Source: an uncultured Actinomycetota bacterium
Lineage (GTDB): Bacteria > Actinomycetota > Thermoleophilia > RBG-16-64-13
Assembly: GCA_963822135.1 (NCBI GenBank)
Contig: CAWGGI010000004.1
Span: forward strand, 156,290-220,289
DNA length: 64,000 nucleotides
Direction: 5' to 3'
Position 1 is the first letter of the stretch, and each line of letters starts with the position of its first letter. Under the pieces are notes generated by a model. The model saw nothing but the letters and a program-made list of their open reading frames with translations, ran no database searches and was not told the origin of the DNA. Shown here one piece after another: positions 22,405 to 32,198 of the stretch. The position numbers and the translations under genes were made by a program.

Positions 22405-23763
22405 ATGCTCGCCGACGAAGACCTCCAACAGGAGATGCTCGACCACCTCTGGCTGCCCTTCACCCAGGCCCAGGGGCTCAAGCCCGTCATCATGCAGCGA
22501 GCTGAGGGCGCCCTGGTCTACGACACCCAGGGCCGGGAGTACATCGATGCTTTCGCCAGCCTGTGGACCGTCAATGTCGGCCACGGCAGGCAGGAGATCA
22601 TCGATGCCATCGACGCGCAGGCCAAGGAGATGGCCTGCTACCACATCTTCGGTATCGCCAATCCCCCCAGTATCAAGCTGGCGGCGAAGGTGGCAGAGCA
22701 CCTTCCGGGGGACCTGAACCATGTCTACCTGACCCTTGGCGGCGGCGACTCTGTCGACACCGCCCTCAAGATCGCCCGCCAGTACTGGCGCAATCTGGGC
22801 AAGGCCGGCAAGTACATGGTCCTGTTCCGCGATCGTTCCTACCACGGCACCACGTTCGGCGCCACGAGCGCCCAGGGGCTCTCGGGCAACCGCACCGCTT
22901 TCGAGCCGTTGCTCCCGGGCTTCATCAAGCTCGGCGCCCCCTACTGCTACCGCTGCGCCTGGGGCAAGGAATACGGGGAGTGCGAGCTGGAGTGCGCGCG
23001 CCAGGTGGAGAAGGAGATCACTTTCTACGGCGCCGGGAACGTGGGGACCATGTTGGGTGAGACTATGATCGGGACGGGAGGGGTCATCCCCCCGCCGCCT
23101 GAGTATTGGCCGCTGGTGTGCGACATCTGCGAAGCGAACGAGGTCCTGGTGATCAACGATGAGGTGATCACTGGGTTCGGGCGTACCGGTGAGTGGTTCG
23201 CCTGCGAGTCCTTCGGGTCGCGGCCCGACCTGATCACTATGGCCAAGGGCCTCTCCTCCGGCTACCTGCCGCTGGGGGCCGTAGGGGCCAGCGAGCGCGT
23301 GTATCAGGCCTTCCTGGGCGGGCCGCTCGAGGGCAGACAGTTCATGAGCGGCGCCACCTATCACGGACATCCTCTGTGCTGCGCGGCCGGTCTCGCCAAT
23401 CTCGAGATCATCGAGCTCGAGGACCTGGTCGGACGCTGCCGGGAACTGGGTCCCTATTTACAGGAGGGCCTGCGCACTCTGCTCTCCCACCCCATCGTGG
23501 GCGACGTCCGGGGGCTGGGACTGGTGGCCGGCATCGAGTATGTGCAGAGCAAAGCCACCAAGGAGTGGTTCCCGGCCGCCGTCGGCGCCGCTGCGCGCGT
23601 GCGCGACGCGGCTTTCCAGCGCGGAGTGTTCGTCAGGCTGCTGGGCGGCGGCCACTGCCACGCGATCGCACCGCCCTTCGTCATCTCCCGGGAGCAGATC
23701 GACACCATCGTCAAAGTCCTCGATGAGTCGATCACCGTGGTGGAGAAGGAGCTGGGCTACTGA
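22405..23763 (+). CDS. Class III PLP aminotransferase
   Basis: HLWLPFTQ, LWTVNVGHGR, SYHGTT, DEVITGFGRTG, MAKGLSSGYLPLGA. Confidence 0.93.
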   Translation: MLADEDLQQEMLDHLWLPFTQAQGLKPVIMQRAEGALVYDTQGREYIDAFASLWTVNVGHGRQEIIDAIDAQAKEMACYHIFGIANPPSIKLAAKVAEHLPGDLNHVYLTLGGGDSVDTALKIARQYWRNLGKAGKYMVLFRDRSYHGTTFGATSAQGLSGNRTAFEPLLPGFIKLGAPYCYRCAWGKEYGECELECARQVEKEITFYGAGNVGTMLGETMIGTGGVIPPPPEYWPLVCDICEANEVLVINDEVITGFGRTGEWFACESFGSRPDLITMAKGLSSGYLPLGAVGASERVYQAFLGGPLEGRQFMSGATYHGHPLCCAAGLANLEIIELEDLVGRCRELGPYLQEGLRTLLSHPIVGDVRGLGLVAGIEYVQSKATKEWFPAAVGAAARVRDAAFQRGVFVRLLGGGHCHAIAPPFVISREQIDTIVKVLDESITVVEKELGY

Positions 23764-23961
23764 CGCCGCGGACCCGCCGCAACGACGGCGGCCTTGCCGC
23801 AGGCCGGCGCGGCGCGAGTCCGGAGGCGGCTGCCGTGCTTTCACTCCTTGCCTGGCGCTTACCGGGGTTCCTTAGTCTGCTCGTTAGGCGTACTATTCAT
23901 GAGTGACCGCTCACTAGGTGAGGTCAACGGGAACACAGACCGAGCAAGGAGGGGGGCGAGA

Positions 23962-25431
23962 ATGAACGAGGAGTTGGATAGCTTCGCCAAGAAGGCCGTT
24001 AGCCGCCGCGACTTTCTCAAGGTCGCAGGCGTCGCCGGCGCCACCATCGGGATGGGCGCAGGGCTGGGCGGCCTGCTGACCGCCTGCGGCGAAGCCGAGG
24101 AGACCACGACTACCACGGCAGCGGCAACCACGACGACCGGCGGTGCCACCACGACCACCGCGCCGGCAACAACCACTTCGGTCTCGGCCGGGGTCGAGCC
24201 TGGCGAGGAGATCAAGATGGGTTTCGTCGCTCCCATCACCGGTCCCATCGCCTTGTTCGGAGTTCCCGACCAGTACTGCGCCGACCGCTGGAGGGAGTTC
24301 TGCAAGGACGGGATCGTCTGCGGTGATGGCAAGAACCACCCCGTCACCATCGAGTTGGCCGACAGCCAGTCCGACTCCAACAGGGCCGCCCAGGTGGCCG
24401 GCGACCTGATCAACAACACCAAGGTCGACATCATGATGGTGGCTTCGACGCCGGACACCGTGACCCCCGTGGTCGAGCAGTGTGAGGCCGACGGCTGCCC
24501 GGTGGTGTCGACCGACTGCCCATGGCAGACCTACATGGGCCAGAACACCGAATACAAGTGGTCCTACCACTCGTTCTTCGGAGCCGAGGATTTCTTTGAG
24601 ATCAACTGGTCCTGTTACGAGAAGATCCCATCCAACAAGACCATCGGCGCCATGTACGACAACACCGCCGACGGCAACTTCTTCAGCGCCAATGCTCCGG
24701 CGTTCATGGAGGCCAAGGGCTACAAGGTGGTCATGCCTTCCAACTACCAGGCGTTCAGCGAGGATTTCACCGCCCAGATCTCGGAGTTCAAGAACTCGGG
24801 CGTAGAGCTCATCATGGGCAACATGCTCCCGCCCGACTTCACCAACTTCTGGAAGCAGGCCATGCAGCAGGGCCTGGAGCCCAAGGCCTGCCTCGTAGGC
24901 AAGGCTATCCTGTTCCCAGGCTCGGTGGAGGCGCTGGGTGACGTAGGCAACGGCCTCATGACCGAACTCTGGTGGCACCGGAGCTTCCCGTGGAAGTCGT
25001 CCCTCACCGGAGAGACATGCGCCCAACTGGCCGACGACTTCGAAGCCAGGACAGGGCAGCAGCAGACGGCTCCTCTCCTGCACTACGTGTGTGGCGAGAT
25101 GGCCATCTACGCCATCAAGAACGCCACCGACCCCAAGAGCAAGGACGCCGTGCTGGCCGCTCTGGAGAAGATGAAGCTCGACACCATCATCGGGAACATC
25201 GACTTCACCTCTCCGATCATCGCCGCCACGGGGACTGGCCCTGCCGACTGGCCCGCCGGGCCTGGACACAAGACCAAGAACGTCTACGACCACGGCCTGG
25301 GCGGCTCCCAGTGGCTGATGCAGGGCGGGAAGTGGAAGTTCGATCAGGTGCCGGTCGACAAGGCCGCCGCCCCGTACATGCTCGACAGCACTCTCCAGGT
25401 GCCCAAGCCTCTGCCCGTGACCGCCGCGTAG
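23962..25431 (+). CDS. Branched-chain amino-acid-type ABC substrate-binding lipoprotein (Tat)
   Basis: SRRDFLK, lipobox LTAC, IKMGFVAPITG, ADSQSDSNRAAQVA, DFTAQI. Confidence 0.88.
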   Translation: MNEELDSFAKKAVSRRDFLKVAGVAGATIGMGAGLGGLLTACGEAEETTTTTAAATTTTGGATTTTAPATTTSVSAGVEPGEEIKMGFVAPITGPIALFGVPDQYCADRWREFCKDGIVCGDGKNHPVTIELADSQSDSNRAAQVAGDLINNTKVDIMMVASTPDTVTPVVEQCEADGCPVVSTDCPWQTYMGQNTEYKWSYHSFFGAEDFFEINWSCYEKIPSNKTIGAMYDNTADGNFFSANAPAFMEAKGYKVVMPSNYQAFSEDFTAQISEFKNSGVELIMGNMLPPDFTNFWKQAMQQGLEPKACLVGKAILFPGSVEALGDVGNGLMTELWWHRSFPWKSSLTGETCAQLADDFEARTGQQQTAPLLHYVCGEMAIYAIKNATDPKSKDAVLAALEKMKLDTIIGNIDFTSPIIAATGTGPADWPAGPGHKTKNVYDHGLGGSQWLMQGGKWKFDQVPVDKAAAPYMLDSTLQVPKPLPVTAA

Positions 25432-25474
25432 AGAAGAAAACGGCGCTGCCGGCCGACTCACCGGCTCTAGACAT

Positions 25475-25510
25475 CAGCAAGAGGGGCGCCGCAAGGCGCC
25501 CCTCTTGCTG
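25475..25510 (+). terminator. Strong hairpin after the substrate-binding protein gene
   Basis: CAGCAAGAGGGGCGCC-GCAA-GGCGCCCCTCTTGCTG. Confidence 0.75.
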
Positions 25511-25572
25511 CTCAGCCAAGCTCAGACCAAGGTTGCAGCGGCCGAGCGACGACGGCCGGCTAGTATGATGGG

Positions 25573-25589
25573 CATGAGTTATACTCATG
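25573..25589. promoter_or_regulatory. Palindromic operator of the TA operon
   Basis: CATGAGT-TAT-ACTCATG immediately before the antitoxin ATG. Confidence 0.6.
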
Positions 25590-25591
25590 GT

Positions 25592-25831
25592 ATGAAGACA
25601 GCCGTGTCACTCCCGGACGACGTCTTTCGAGAGGCGGAGCGCCTGGCAGCCGAACTCAAGACCTCCCGCAGCCAACTCTATGCGCGTGCCATCAGGGAGT
25701 TCGTCGCGCGGCACTCCTCGGAGAGGGTCACTGCCGCGCTTGACGCTGTCTACGAGGTGCCCGACTCGCCGGATGACTCGGGTTTCGTCCGCGCGGCCGC
25801 CGAACGGACCCTCGAACGCGCGGAATGGTGA
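25592..25831 (+). CDS. Ribbon-helix-helix antitoxin (ChpI/MazE-like)
   Basis: MKTAVSLPDDVFREAERLA..L..SRSQLY..AI; overlaps the toxin start. Confidence 0.88.
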   Translation: MKTAVSLPDDVFREAERLAAELKTSRSQLYARAIREFVARHSSERVTAALDAVYEVPDSPDDSGFVRAAAERTLERAEW

Positions 25832-26169
25832 TATCACAGGGAGACGTCTGCTGGGCGAGTCTCCCGACACCCGGAGGCTCGGAGCCTGGGTACCGGCGTC
25901 CGGTGGTCGTGGTTCAGTGCGACGCGTTCAATCGCAGCCGGATAGCCACAGTGGTCTGCGTCCCCCTCACGAGCAACCTCAGCAGAGGAAACGCCCCCGG
26001 AAACGTTCTTCTGACCGCCGACCTGACCGGTCTCTCCAAGGATTCGGTCGCCAATGTTTCCCAGATCGTGGCACTGGATCGCGAAGTATTGACCGATCGG
26101 GTGGGACGGCTGCCGGCCGCGAAGCTGGACCTAGTCCTTGTGGGGATCAGCGCGGTCCTCGGCCGCTGA
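25825..26169 (+). CDS. mazF: PemK/MazF endoribonuclease toxin
   Basis: QGDVCWA.L..P.GSEPG.RRPVVVVQ.D.FN.S, VPLTSN, DSVANVSQI. Confidence 0.92.
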   Translation: MVISQGDVCWASLPTPGGSEPGYRRPVVVVQCDAFNRSRIATVVCVPLTSNLSRGNAPGNVLLTADLTGLSKDSVANVSQIVALDREVLTDRVGRLPAAKLDLVLVGISAVLGR

Positions 26170-26182
26170 AGTCTCCTGGCCG

Positions 26183-26389
26183 CTACCCGCGATCCGAGTC
26201 CTTCGAGCGGAAGGTCCTGGCCATGGCCAGGCCGACGATGACGAGGACGATGCCGAGCGCCAGGCCGAGGATCTGAACCCACGTGGACAGACCCCGCACC
26301 GCCGACACGCCCATGGCCACCACCACCCCGCTTATCAGCAGGATGATGCCGATCTGATCGAGAGTCTTGCGGGAAGGCTTTTTCGTCAG
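26183..26389 (-). CDS. Small two-TM membrane protein (CTG start; absent from ORF track)
   Basis: GAGGAG RBS, then (M)TKKPSRKTLDQIGIILLISGVVVAMGVSAVRGLSTWVQILGLALGIVLVIVGLAMARTFRSKDSDRG*. Confidence 0.55.
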   Translation of the reverse strand: MTKKPSRKTLDQIGIILLISGVVVAMGVSAVRGLSTWVQILGLALGIVLVIVGLAMARTFRSKDSDRG

Positions 26390-26480
26390 CTGCTCCTCGT
26401 CGTCGCGCGGCTCGTCCTCGCAGCCTGCGACTCCTGCCGCATCTGCGTCTCGCGACCGTCCGGCCGGAGCATCCCTCGGG

Positions 26481-28199
26481 CTAGCCTGGGATCACCGGCA
26501 AGATCAGATGCGACGGACGCTCCCTATCGAAGTAGATGGTGTCCTTGCCCACCTTGAGCCCGTAATAGTGGCCGCCGAAGTCTAGCGCGTTGGAGTCGCC
26601 GTTCGCCAGGTCGAGACGAAGACGGTGCCCCTCGAGGAAGCAGTTCGAGGTACCCCAGATCTCGATCTCGTACCGGTAGACCTTACCTGGTTCGATCGGG
26701 CGGGGTGCGTCGTGACGGTAGTACGGGCGATAGGGCAGACTCTTCGCCTCGTCCTTGGTCACCGCGTGTGAGGCCTTCAGCCAGCCCCTGGTAAGGATCC
26801 GGCCTGCAGGGGGCATGCCCGGCGCCTGCATCTCGTCGGGGAGCTGATCCCAGATGCGGCAGAGGAACTCGGTGTCGGGCTGGTCGGAGGCCGCATAGAG
26901 CACGAGGACGATGTTCCCGATGACCTCGGTGTCCTTCTCCATAGGCGGCGTGGTGAAGGTGAGTATCTTCTTGCAGGGGTTAAGAATGCCCTTGTCCATC
27001 ACCGCGGTCCCCACTCCCGAGAACCCGGTCCAGTCGGGATCCGGATAGGAATAGGTCACCGAGGCTTCGGCAGCGGCGGGCGCTTCCCAAGAGAGGCCGC
27101 CGTCGTTGAGAGAGACAACGGCTCCGGATTTGGCCCCCGAAAGATAGAGCTTGGTGTACTGCGTCCGGGCCAAGGGCCAGTCGTCCTCGCGGCGATACCG
27201 CTCCCGTCCCCGAACGAAGATGTTCAGCGCGGGCTCGTCCATGATGCCGGTGTCGTTGCCCTTGAGCCAGTGGTCGTACCAGCGCAACAGCCAGCTGCGT
27301 GTCTCGATGGACTCGAAGATGGCCACCTCGTCGCCCTCGAAGTCGCCGTGGCAGAGCATGAGCTTCTTGGGCGTCTCCACCATTTCGTAGCCGCGCAGGT
27401 TTCCGCGCAGGTGGATGCCGACCTTATGCAGGATCCCGACGCTGAACACCGGGCACTTGATGTTCTTGAAGTCGGGGTCGCGGTCGTTCCAGAAGTCGTC
27501 GTAGGTCTGATGCTGCATCACGTTCCAGGCCAGGTCCCAACTCCCCTGATCGGGGTCCTCGCCCACGCGGCCCACCCGGTAGTGACCGCGGATCTCGGTG
27601 ATGTGCCACCCACCGGGGAACCCGCTGGCGAGAATGCCGCCATGGTAGGCGACGTCGCGGTACATATCGGCGCCGCCGTCGAAGGGGACGATGCAGGCCA
27701 GGTGCGGCGGTGCCAGGGAGGCGGCCATCCACTGCGTCCAGGCGTAGTAGGACTCGCCGATCATCCCCACCTTGCCGGTGGACCACGGTTGGGCGGCAGC
27801 CCACTCGATCACGTCGTAGCAATCCCAGCGCTCCGGCATGCTGTGCCATTGCCATTGGCCCTCCACCGACTTGCCGCAGCCGCGGATGTCGTGGTTGACA
27901 TAGACGTATCCGCGCTCCACGAACCACTCGATCTTGTTGGTCTCGCGCATGTGGAAGGTCGGCACGGCGGGAAGATAGTAGAGGTCCTTCTGATAGGGCG
28001 AAGACGCGTAGAGAACGGGGAACTGACCCTCCGCATCCGGCCGGTAGATATCGACGGCCACGTGGACGCCGTCACGCATCTCGATGAAGACGTCCTTCTC
28101 CACCTTGACCTTGTACTGCGGCCGGCTCAGCTTGTCGAAGGGGAACCCCTCGGGGATCATCGAGGCCATGACCTCGGGGACGAGGATCTCGGTGAACAT
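26481..28199 (-). CDS. CocE/NonD family serine hydrolase
   Basis: MRDGV....DIYRP, DIRGCGKS.G, QPWSTGKVGMIGESY, C-terminal PepX-like domain. Confidence 0.92.
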   Translation of the reverse strand: MFTEILVPEVMASMIPEGFPFDKLSRPQYKVKVEKDVFIEMRDGVHVAVDIYRPDAEGQFPVLYASSPYQKDLYYLPAVPTFHMRETNKIEWFVERGYVYVNHDIRGCGKSVEGQWQWHSMPERWDCYDVIEWAAAQPWSTGKVGMIGESYYAWTQWMAASLAPPHLACIVPFDGGADMYRDVAYHGGILASGFPGGWHITEIRGHYRVGRVGEDPDQGSWDLAWNVMQHQTYDDFWNDRDPDFKNIKCPVFSVGILHKVGIHLRGNLRGYEMVETPKKLMLCHGDFEGDEVAIFESIETRSWLLRWYDHWLKGNDTGIMDEPALNIFVRGRERYRREDDWPLARTQYTKLYLSGAKSGAVVSLNDGGLSWEAPAAAEASVTYSYPDPDWTGFSGVGTAVMDKGILNPCKKILTFTTPPMEKDTEVIGNIVLVLYAASDQPDTEFLCRIWDQLPDEMQAPGMPPAGRILTRGWLKASHAVTKDEAKSLPYRPYYRHDAPRPIEPGKVYRYEIEIWGTSNCFLEGHRLRLDLANGDSNALDFGGHYYGLKVGKDTIYFDRERPSHLILPVIPG

Positions 28200-28480
28200 C
28201 GGATTGCCTCCTCTTCGGCGGACGGCGACACGGCCACCGGGTCGGGTCCCACTCGGGACGCGATCCGGCGCCGATGATCGCGGTGAGTCACTGCGTTATA
28301 GGTGAGCACTCACTACGGTGTCTGTCAAGAGTCGGCAGGGAGAGTCCGTCTACCTCCGACTCCCCGGAGGCTGCGTTGGCAGGAGGCGAAGCTGGATCGT
28401 CCCAGCCGGAGCCCGGTTTCCTGTCCGGACCCCCAGCTATGCTGGTTTCCGAGGAGCGATACTCTGGAACGGAGGAGAAC

Positions 28481-28702
28481 ATGCTGGCAGCAGCCATCAC
28501 AGCAACGGTCATACTCATGGCGCTCATAACGTACGTCGCCTTTCGCAAGTTCTCCGTGGTCCGGCAGGAGATCGAGTTCACCGCCCCGCAAGACGGCGTT
28601 GCCGCCATCCATCTGGATATCCACGAAGACACGGTGCGGAGCCTGCGCATCTACTTCTCCGACGGCACGGTGAGCGAGTTGCGACAGCTCGACGCAGCCT
28701 GA
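28481..28702 (+). CDS. Small membrane-anchored hypothetical protein
   Basis: GGAGGAG RBS, N-terminal TM helix. Confidence 0.6.
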   Translation: MLAAAITATVILMALITYVAFRKFSVVRQEIEFTAPQDGVAAIHLDIHEDTVRSLRIYFSDGTVSELRQLDAA

Positions 28703-28835
28703 ATCGCCGTAGCACGGCGCAGGTCTGGCCACGCTCACCGTCCCACCTGCTCCGAGCGTCGGTCGCCCCCAGTATTCGCCCCCTGTATCATGGAGAGATC
28801 GGGCGAACGGCTTCGACCATCACAGGAGGGATGCC

Positions 28836-29132
28836 ATGAACAAGAGACACTGGGCCGACCTCTCCAGCACCCAGAAGGCGGGCGTCGGGGTCTTCCTCGC
28901 CGTGGACCTGGCGCTGCTCGTCACGGCCTTGTGGGACGTCAGGCACCGCACCGATGATCAGATACGCGGTGATCGCCGCCTGTGGACGGGGTTGGTCTTC
29001 GTAGACGTGGTAGGCCCCCTGGCCTATTTCACCATCGGCCGGAAAAGCTTCGGGCGCGTTTCTTCCCAGTGCGCCCGAGGCGATGACGACACCCTATGTG
29101 CCCCGCCGGTCGAGCGTCGCGCTGTATCATGA
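28836..29132 (+). CDS. PLDc N-terminal domain-like small membrane protein
   Basis: W.DLS..QK...ALWDV.HR...IRGDRRLW....VGPLAYF..GRK. Confidence 0.75.
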   Translation: MNKRHWADLSSTQKAGVGVFLAVDLALLVTALWDVRHRTDDQIRGDRRLWTGLVFVDVVGPLAYFTIGRKSFGRVSSQCARGDDDTLCAPPVERRAVS

Positions 29133-29178
29133 ATTGAGCTTTGCGCGCAGGTCACCTCACGAACGGGAGGAACGCACT

Positions 29179-29460
29179 ATGCAGAAGAAACGCTGGTCCG
29201 ATATGTCGGACGCTCAGAAGGTGGGCATCATCATCGGCGCCACCATCCAGTTCGGCCTACTCGCAGCCGGGCTGTGGGATCTAGCTCATCGCGCCCCAGA
29301 AGAGGTACGGGGTGATCGCCGTTTCTGGGCAGGGTTCATGTTCGTCAACTGGATAGGGCCTCTCACCTACTTCTGCTACGGACGAAAAGAGCCTATCTGG
29401 CGGTCGTGTTCGTGTTGCTGCAACGAGTCGGAGACCATCGAGGAGATCGGCGCCGCTTGA
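29179..29460 (+). CDS. PLDc N-terminal domain-like small membrane protein (tandem paralog)
   Basis: WSDMSDAQK...GLWDLAHR...VRGDRRFW...IGPLTYFCYGRK, CSCCC tail. Confidence 0.75.
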   Translation: MQKKRWSDMSDAQKVGIIIGATIQFGLLAAGLWDLAHRAPEEVRGDRRFWAGFMFVNWIGPLTYFCYGRKEPIWRSCSCCCNESETIEEIGAA

Positions 29461-29972
29461 CGGGATCGCTGCCGCCTGAGCCGGGAGCGCCCGGCGCGTC
29501 GCAACCGTTGCTGCCGGGCTCACTCCCAGAAGACCGCCGCCTCATGGCCCTTGCGCTCGACGAAGCCCGGCGTGCGGCCGCGCAGGGCGAAGTCCCCATA
29601 GGCGCCGTTCTGACGGTCGGAGGCGAGGTGGTGGCTGCGCGTGGCAACGAGCGCGAGCGGCGCCACGACCCCACTGCCCACGCCGAGATGCTCGTCCTTC
29701 GCGACGCGGCCGCGATCGTGGGTGGCTGGAGACTGTCCGAGGCGACCCTGTACGTCACGCTGGAGCCTTGCGCCATGTGCGCGGGAGCCATCGTGCTCGC
29801 CCGCATCAAGCGGCTTGTCTACGGGGCCGACGACCCGAAGGCAGGCGCAGCGGGGACCGTTCTCAACGTGGTAGATCACCCGGCACTCAACCACAGACCC
29901 GCCGTGCGTGCCGGCATCATGGCCATCGAGGCCTCCAGACTGCTCCGCGAGTTCTTTGCCGTCCGGCGGTGA
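29457..29972 (+). CDS. tadA: tRNA adenosine(34) deaminase (start uncertain, 29457-29544)
   Basis: GEVPIGAV, DPTAHAE, LYVTLEPCAMCAGA, YGADDPKAGA, LNH, FF..RR. Confidence 0.93.
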   Translation: MTGSLPPEPGAPGASQPLLPGSLPEDRRLMALALDEARRAAAQGEVPIGAVLTVGGEVVAARGNERERRHDPTAHAEMLVLRDAAAIVGGWRLSEATLYVTLEPCAMCAGAIVLARIKRLVYGADDPKAGAAGTVLNVVDHPALNHRPAVRAGIMAIEASRLLREFFAVRR

Positions 29973-30967
29973 CCTCGGTGTCGCTCGAGCAGAAAGACCA
30001 GCGACCAGAAGCCCCGCATCCGCCGGCTCCACGGGGCACGACTCTGCCCGCAGCCCCCGACACACGCCTGATAATCAGCCTCGGCCTCAACCTGGTGATC
30101 ACGCTTCTCCAGGTGGTAGGCGGCATCATCGCCAACAGCCTGGGCCTGCTATCCGATGCCGCGCACAATCTGAGCGATGTCGTCGCGCTGGGACTGAGCC
30201 TCTGGGCGGTCCGCCTGGGACGGCGGCCCGCCACCCCCCGCCGCACCTTCGCCTACAAGAGGGCCGAGATCCTGGTGGCCATGTTCAACTCGGCCGTGCT
30301 CATCGCCATCTCGGTCTACATCATCGTAGAGGCGGTGCGACGGCTCTTGTCGCCCGAACCCGTCGATGGCCTATGGGTCATCGGCTTTGCCGCCGCCGGC
30401 CTGGTCATCAACGGCATAGCCGCCCTGCTGCTCCGCTCTCACGGGCACGATCTCAATCTGCGCAGCGCCTTTCTCCATCTGGTCGGCGACGCCGCCACCA
30501 GTTTCGGGGTGATGATCAGCGGGGTCATCGTCTATCTCACGGGCTGGAACTATGCCGACGCCATAATCTCGATCCTGGTCTCGTTGTGGATCGGTCGCGA
30601 GGCGGTCAACATCGTGCGAAAAACCGTGAACGTCCTCATGGAAGGCACACCGGAGGGGGTCGAACTGGCGGACGTCGAGCAGGCGATTCTCGCGATGCCG
30701 GGAGCCAAAGGCGTCCATGACCTTCATGTCTGGTCGATCTCGTCCAGCGACCTGGCACTCTCGGCCCACGTGGTGGTGGCCGACGCGGCCCTCTCCGATC
30801 TGGCTGGCATCATGAGCAACCTCAAGGACACTCTCGCGCGGGACTTCGGGATCGGCCACGTCACCATCGAGCTGGAAGACGAAGCGGGCCAGTGTGCCGG
30901 CAGCTGCTGCGACCTGGTCCCGGTGGGTCTTGGCTCAAACTCGCGGCATCTCGGGCATCAACACTAG
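29969..30967 (+). CDS. Cation diffusion facilitator transporter (CzcD-like)
   Basis: LLSDAAHNLSD, NLRSAFLHLVGD, VHDLHVW, HVTIE. Confidence 0.92.
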   Translation: MTSVSLEQKDQRPEAPHPPAPRGTTLPAAPDTRLIISLGLNLVITLLQVVGGIIANSLGLLSDAAHNLSDVVALGLSLWAVRLGRRPATPRRTFAYKRAEILVAMFNSAVLIAISVYIIVEAVRRLLSPEPVDGLWVIGFAAAGLVINGIAALLLRSHGHDLNLRSAFLHLVGDAATSFGVMISGVIVYLTGWNYADAIISILVSLWIGREAVNIVRKTVNVLMEGTPEGVELADVEQAILAMPGAKGVHDLHVWSISSSDLALSAHVVVADAALSDLAGIMSNLKDTLARDFGIGHVTIELEDEAGQCAGSCCDLVPVGLGSNSRHLGHQH

Positions 30968-31011
30968 CGCTGGCGAATGCCTCGGCACCGATCGTTGTCA
31001 CTGCAAGGAGG

Positions 31012-31605
31012 ATGAACACGGCTTCGGGCGACACGTCCACAACCATCCCGATCAAACGCGTCGCCGTGATCGGAGCAGGCATCGCCGGACTGTCCGCCGG
31101 GTGCTACCTGCAGATGAACGGTTACGGGCAGACCATCAATCGGCTGGGCTTCCGGATCCACAACTACGACCCCACCATGGCGCCGCCGGGCAAGACGGCT
31201 ATCACGTCGATGATCCCAATCGACTACGACTACTGGAATGAACTGGCACGCGACCGCACCGCCTACGAGGCGGAGAAAAAGGCCGTCGCCGACTCAGTGG
31301 TGAAGGTCCTCGAGAGCCGCTTCCCGGGTGCCGCCGACCGGGTGGAAGTCGTGGACGTGGCCACGCCCATCACGTTCGAGAGGTACACGGGCAACTGGCG
31401 CGGCAGCTTCGAAGGCTGGCAACCGACCCCGGCCACCCTGACGCTGGAGATGCCCAAGACGCTGCCAGGGCTCAGGGGCTTCTATCTGGCCGGCCAATGG
31501 GTAGCGCCCGGAGGCGGTCTGCCCTCGGGGGTCATGACCGGGCGTCAGGTGACGCAACTCGTCTGCCACGAGGACGGGCGCAAGTTCCGGACCACGCTGC
31601 CCTAG
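31012..31605 (+). pseudogene. Phytoene-desaturase-type FAD oxidoreductase with large in-frame internal deletion
   Basis: N-terminal VAVIGAGIAGLSAGCYLQMNGY joins directly to C-terminal YDPTMAPPGK...ATPITFERYT...FYLAGQWV.PGGGLP; about 200 aa, far shorter than the usual family length. Confidence 0.75.
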
Positions 31606-31658
31606 AGTCGTCCGCGTCGCAGCGACGGCGCAATGAGCGTGCGCGGGTTCCCCAATCG

Positions 31659-31859
31659 TCAGACGAGGTCGAACTCGAGATGCCTGAGTTCGGCCGTGGG
31701 CAATCTCTGCGCCACCCTCAGTATCTCGATACCAACGATCTCACCGCGCTCGTCCAGATCGAACACGACTCCCGGCCGAACTTCTTCGGATTCAGCGATG
31801 GTAGATTCGTCAAGACGCACATAGAGGGCGTCGGCCTGTTGGTCGAATCGCACTCTCAT
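31659..31859 (-). CDS. DUF2283 putative antitoxin
   Basis: MRVRFD..ADALYVRL.....ESEEV.PGVVFD.D..G.IVGIEIL. Confidence 0.88.
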   Translation of the reverse strand: MRVRFDQQADALYVRLDESTIAESEEVRPGVVFDLDERGEIVGIEILRVAQRLPTAELRHLEFDLV

Positions 31860-32116
31860 ATCTTCCTCCTCGCGGAGCGGTCGAAGAACGCGGTCACGAC
31901 GTGAGCGGGAACCGCTTCTGCATTATAGATGACCCGCAGAACCCGCCCTCCGTTCTCCGGGACCGGCGCCAGTGCGTGAAGGAGCTGGGGATCTTCACTG
32001 TCAGGAATAAGCAGGCTAGGCGTATCCACCACCCGCTGGACCCATTCCTGATCGATCATCCGCTCTTCGAGCACATCGAGCGCGTGCGCGCTGAAGGTGA
32101 TCTGCCGTCGGTCCAT
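31856..32116 (-). CDS. DUF4258 putative toxin (RelE/BrnT-like)
   Basis: FSAHA...L.ER.I..EWV...GRVLRVIYN.....VVTAFFDR; 4-bp overlap with DUF2283. Confidence 0.85.
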   Translation of the reverse strand: MDRRQITFSAHALDVLEERMIDQEWVQRVVDTPSLLIPDSEDPQLLHALAPVPENGGRVLRVIYNAEAVPAHVVTAFFDRSARRKI

Positions 32117-32198
32117 GCCGCAACGCTAGCCGCTGCGAGCCCCGGGACTGGTGCAACCTTGGTTGGACCGCGGGCAGAAGGGCCCGCACTTCAGAGCC

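Noticed and set aside
28320-28470. Structured leader or riboswitch before the 28481 ORF
   Set aside because: GC-rich stems are possible, but I recognised no conserved aptamer motif.
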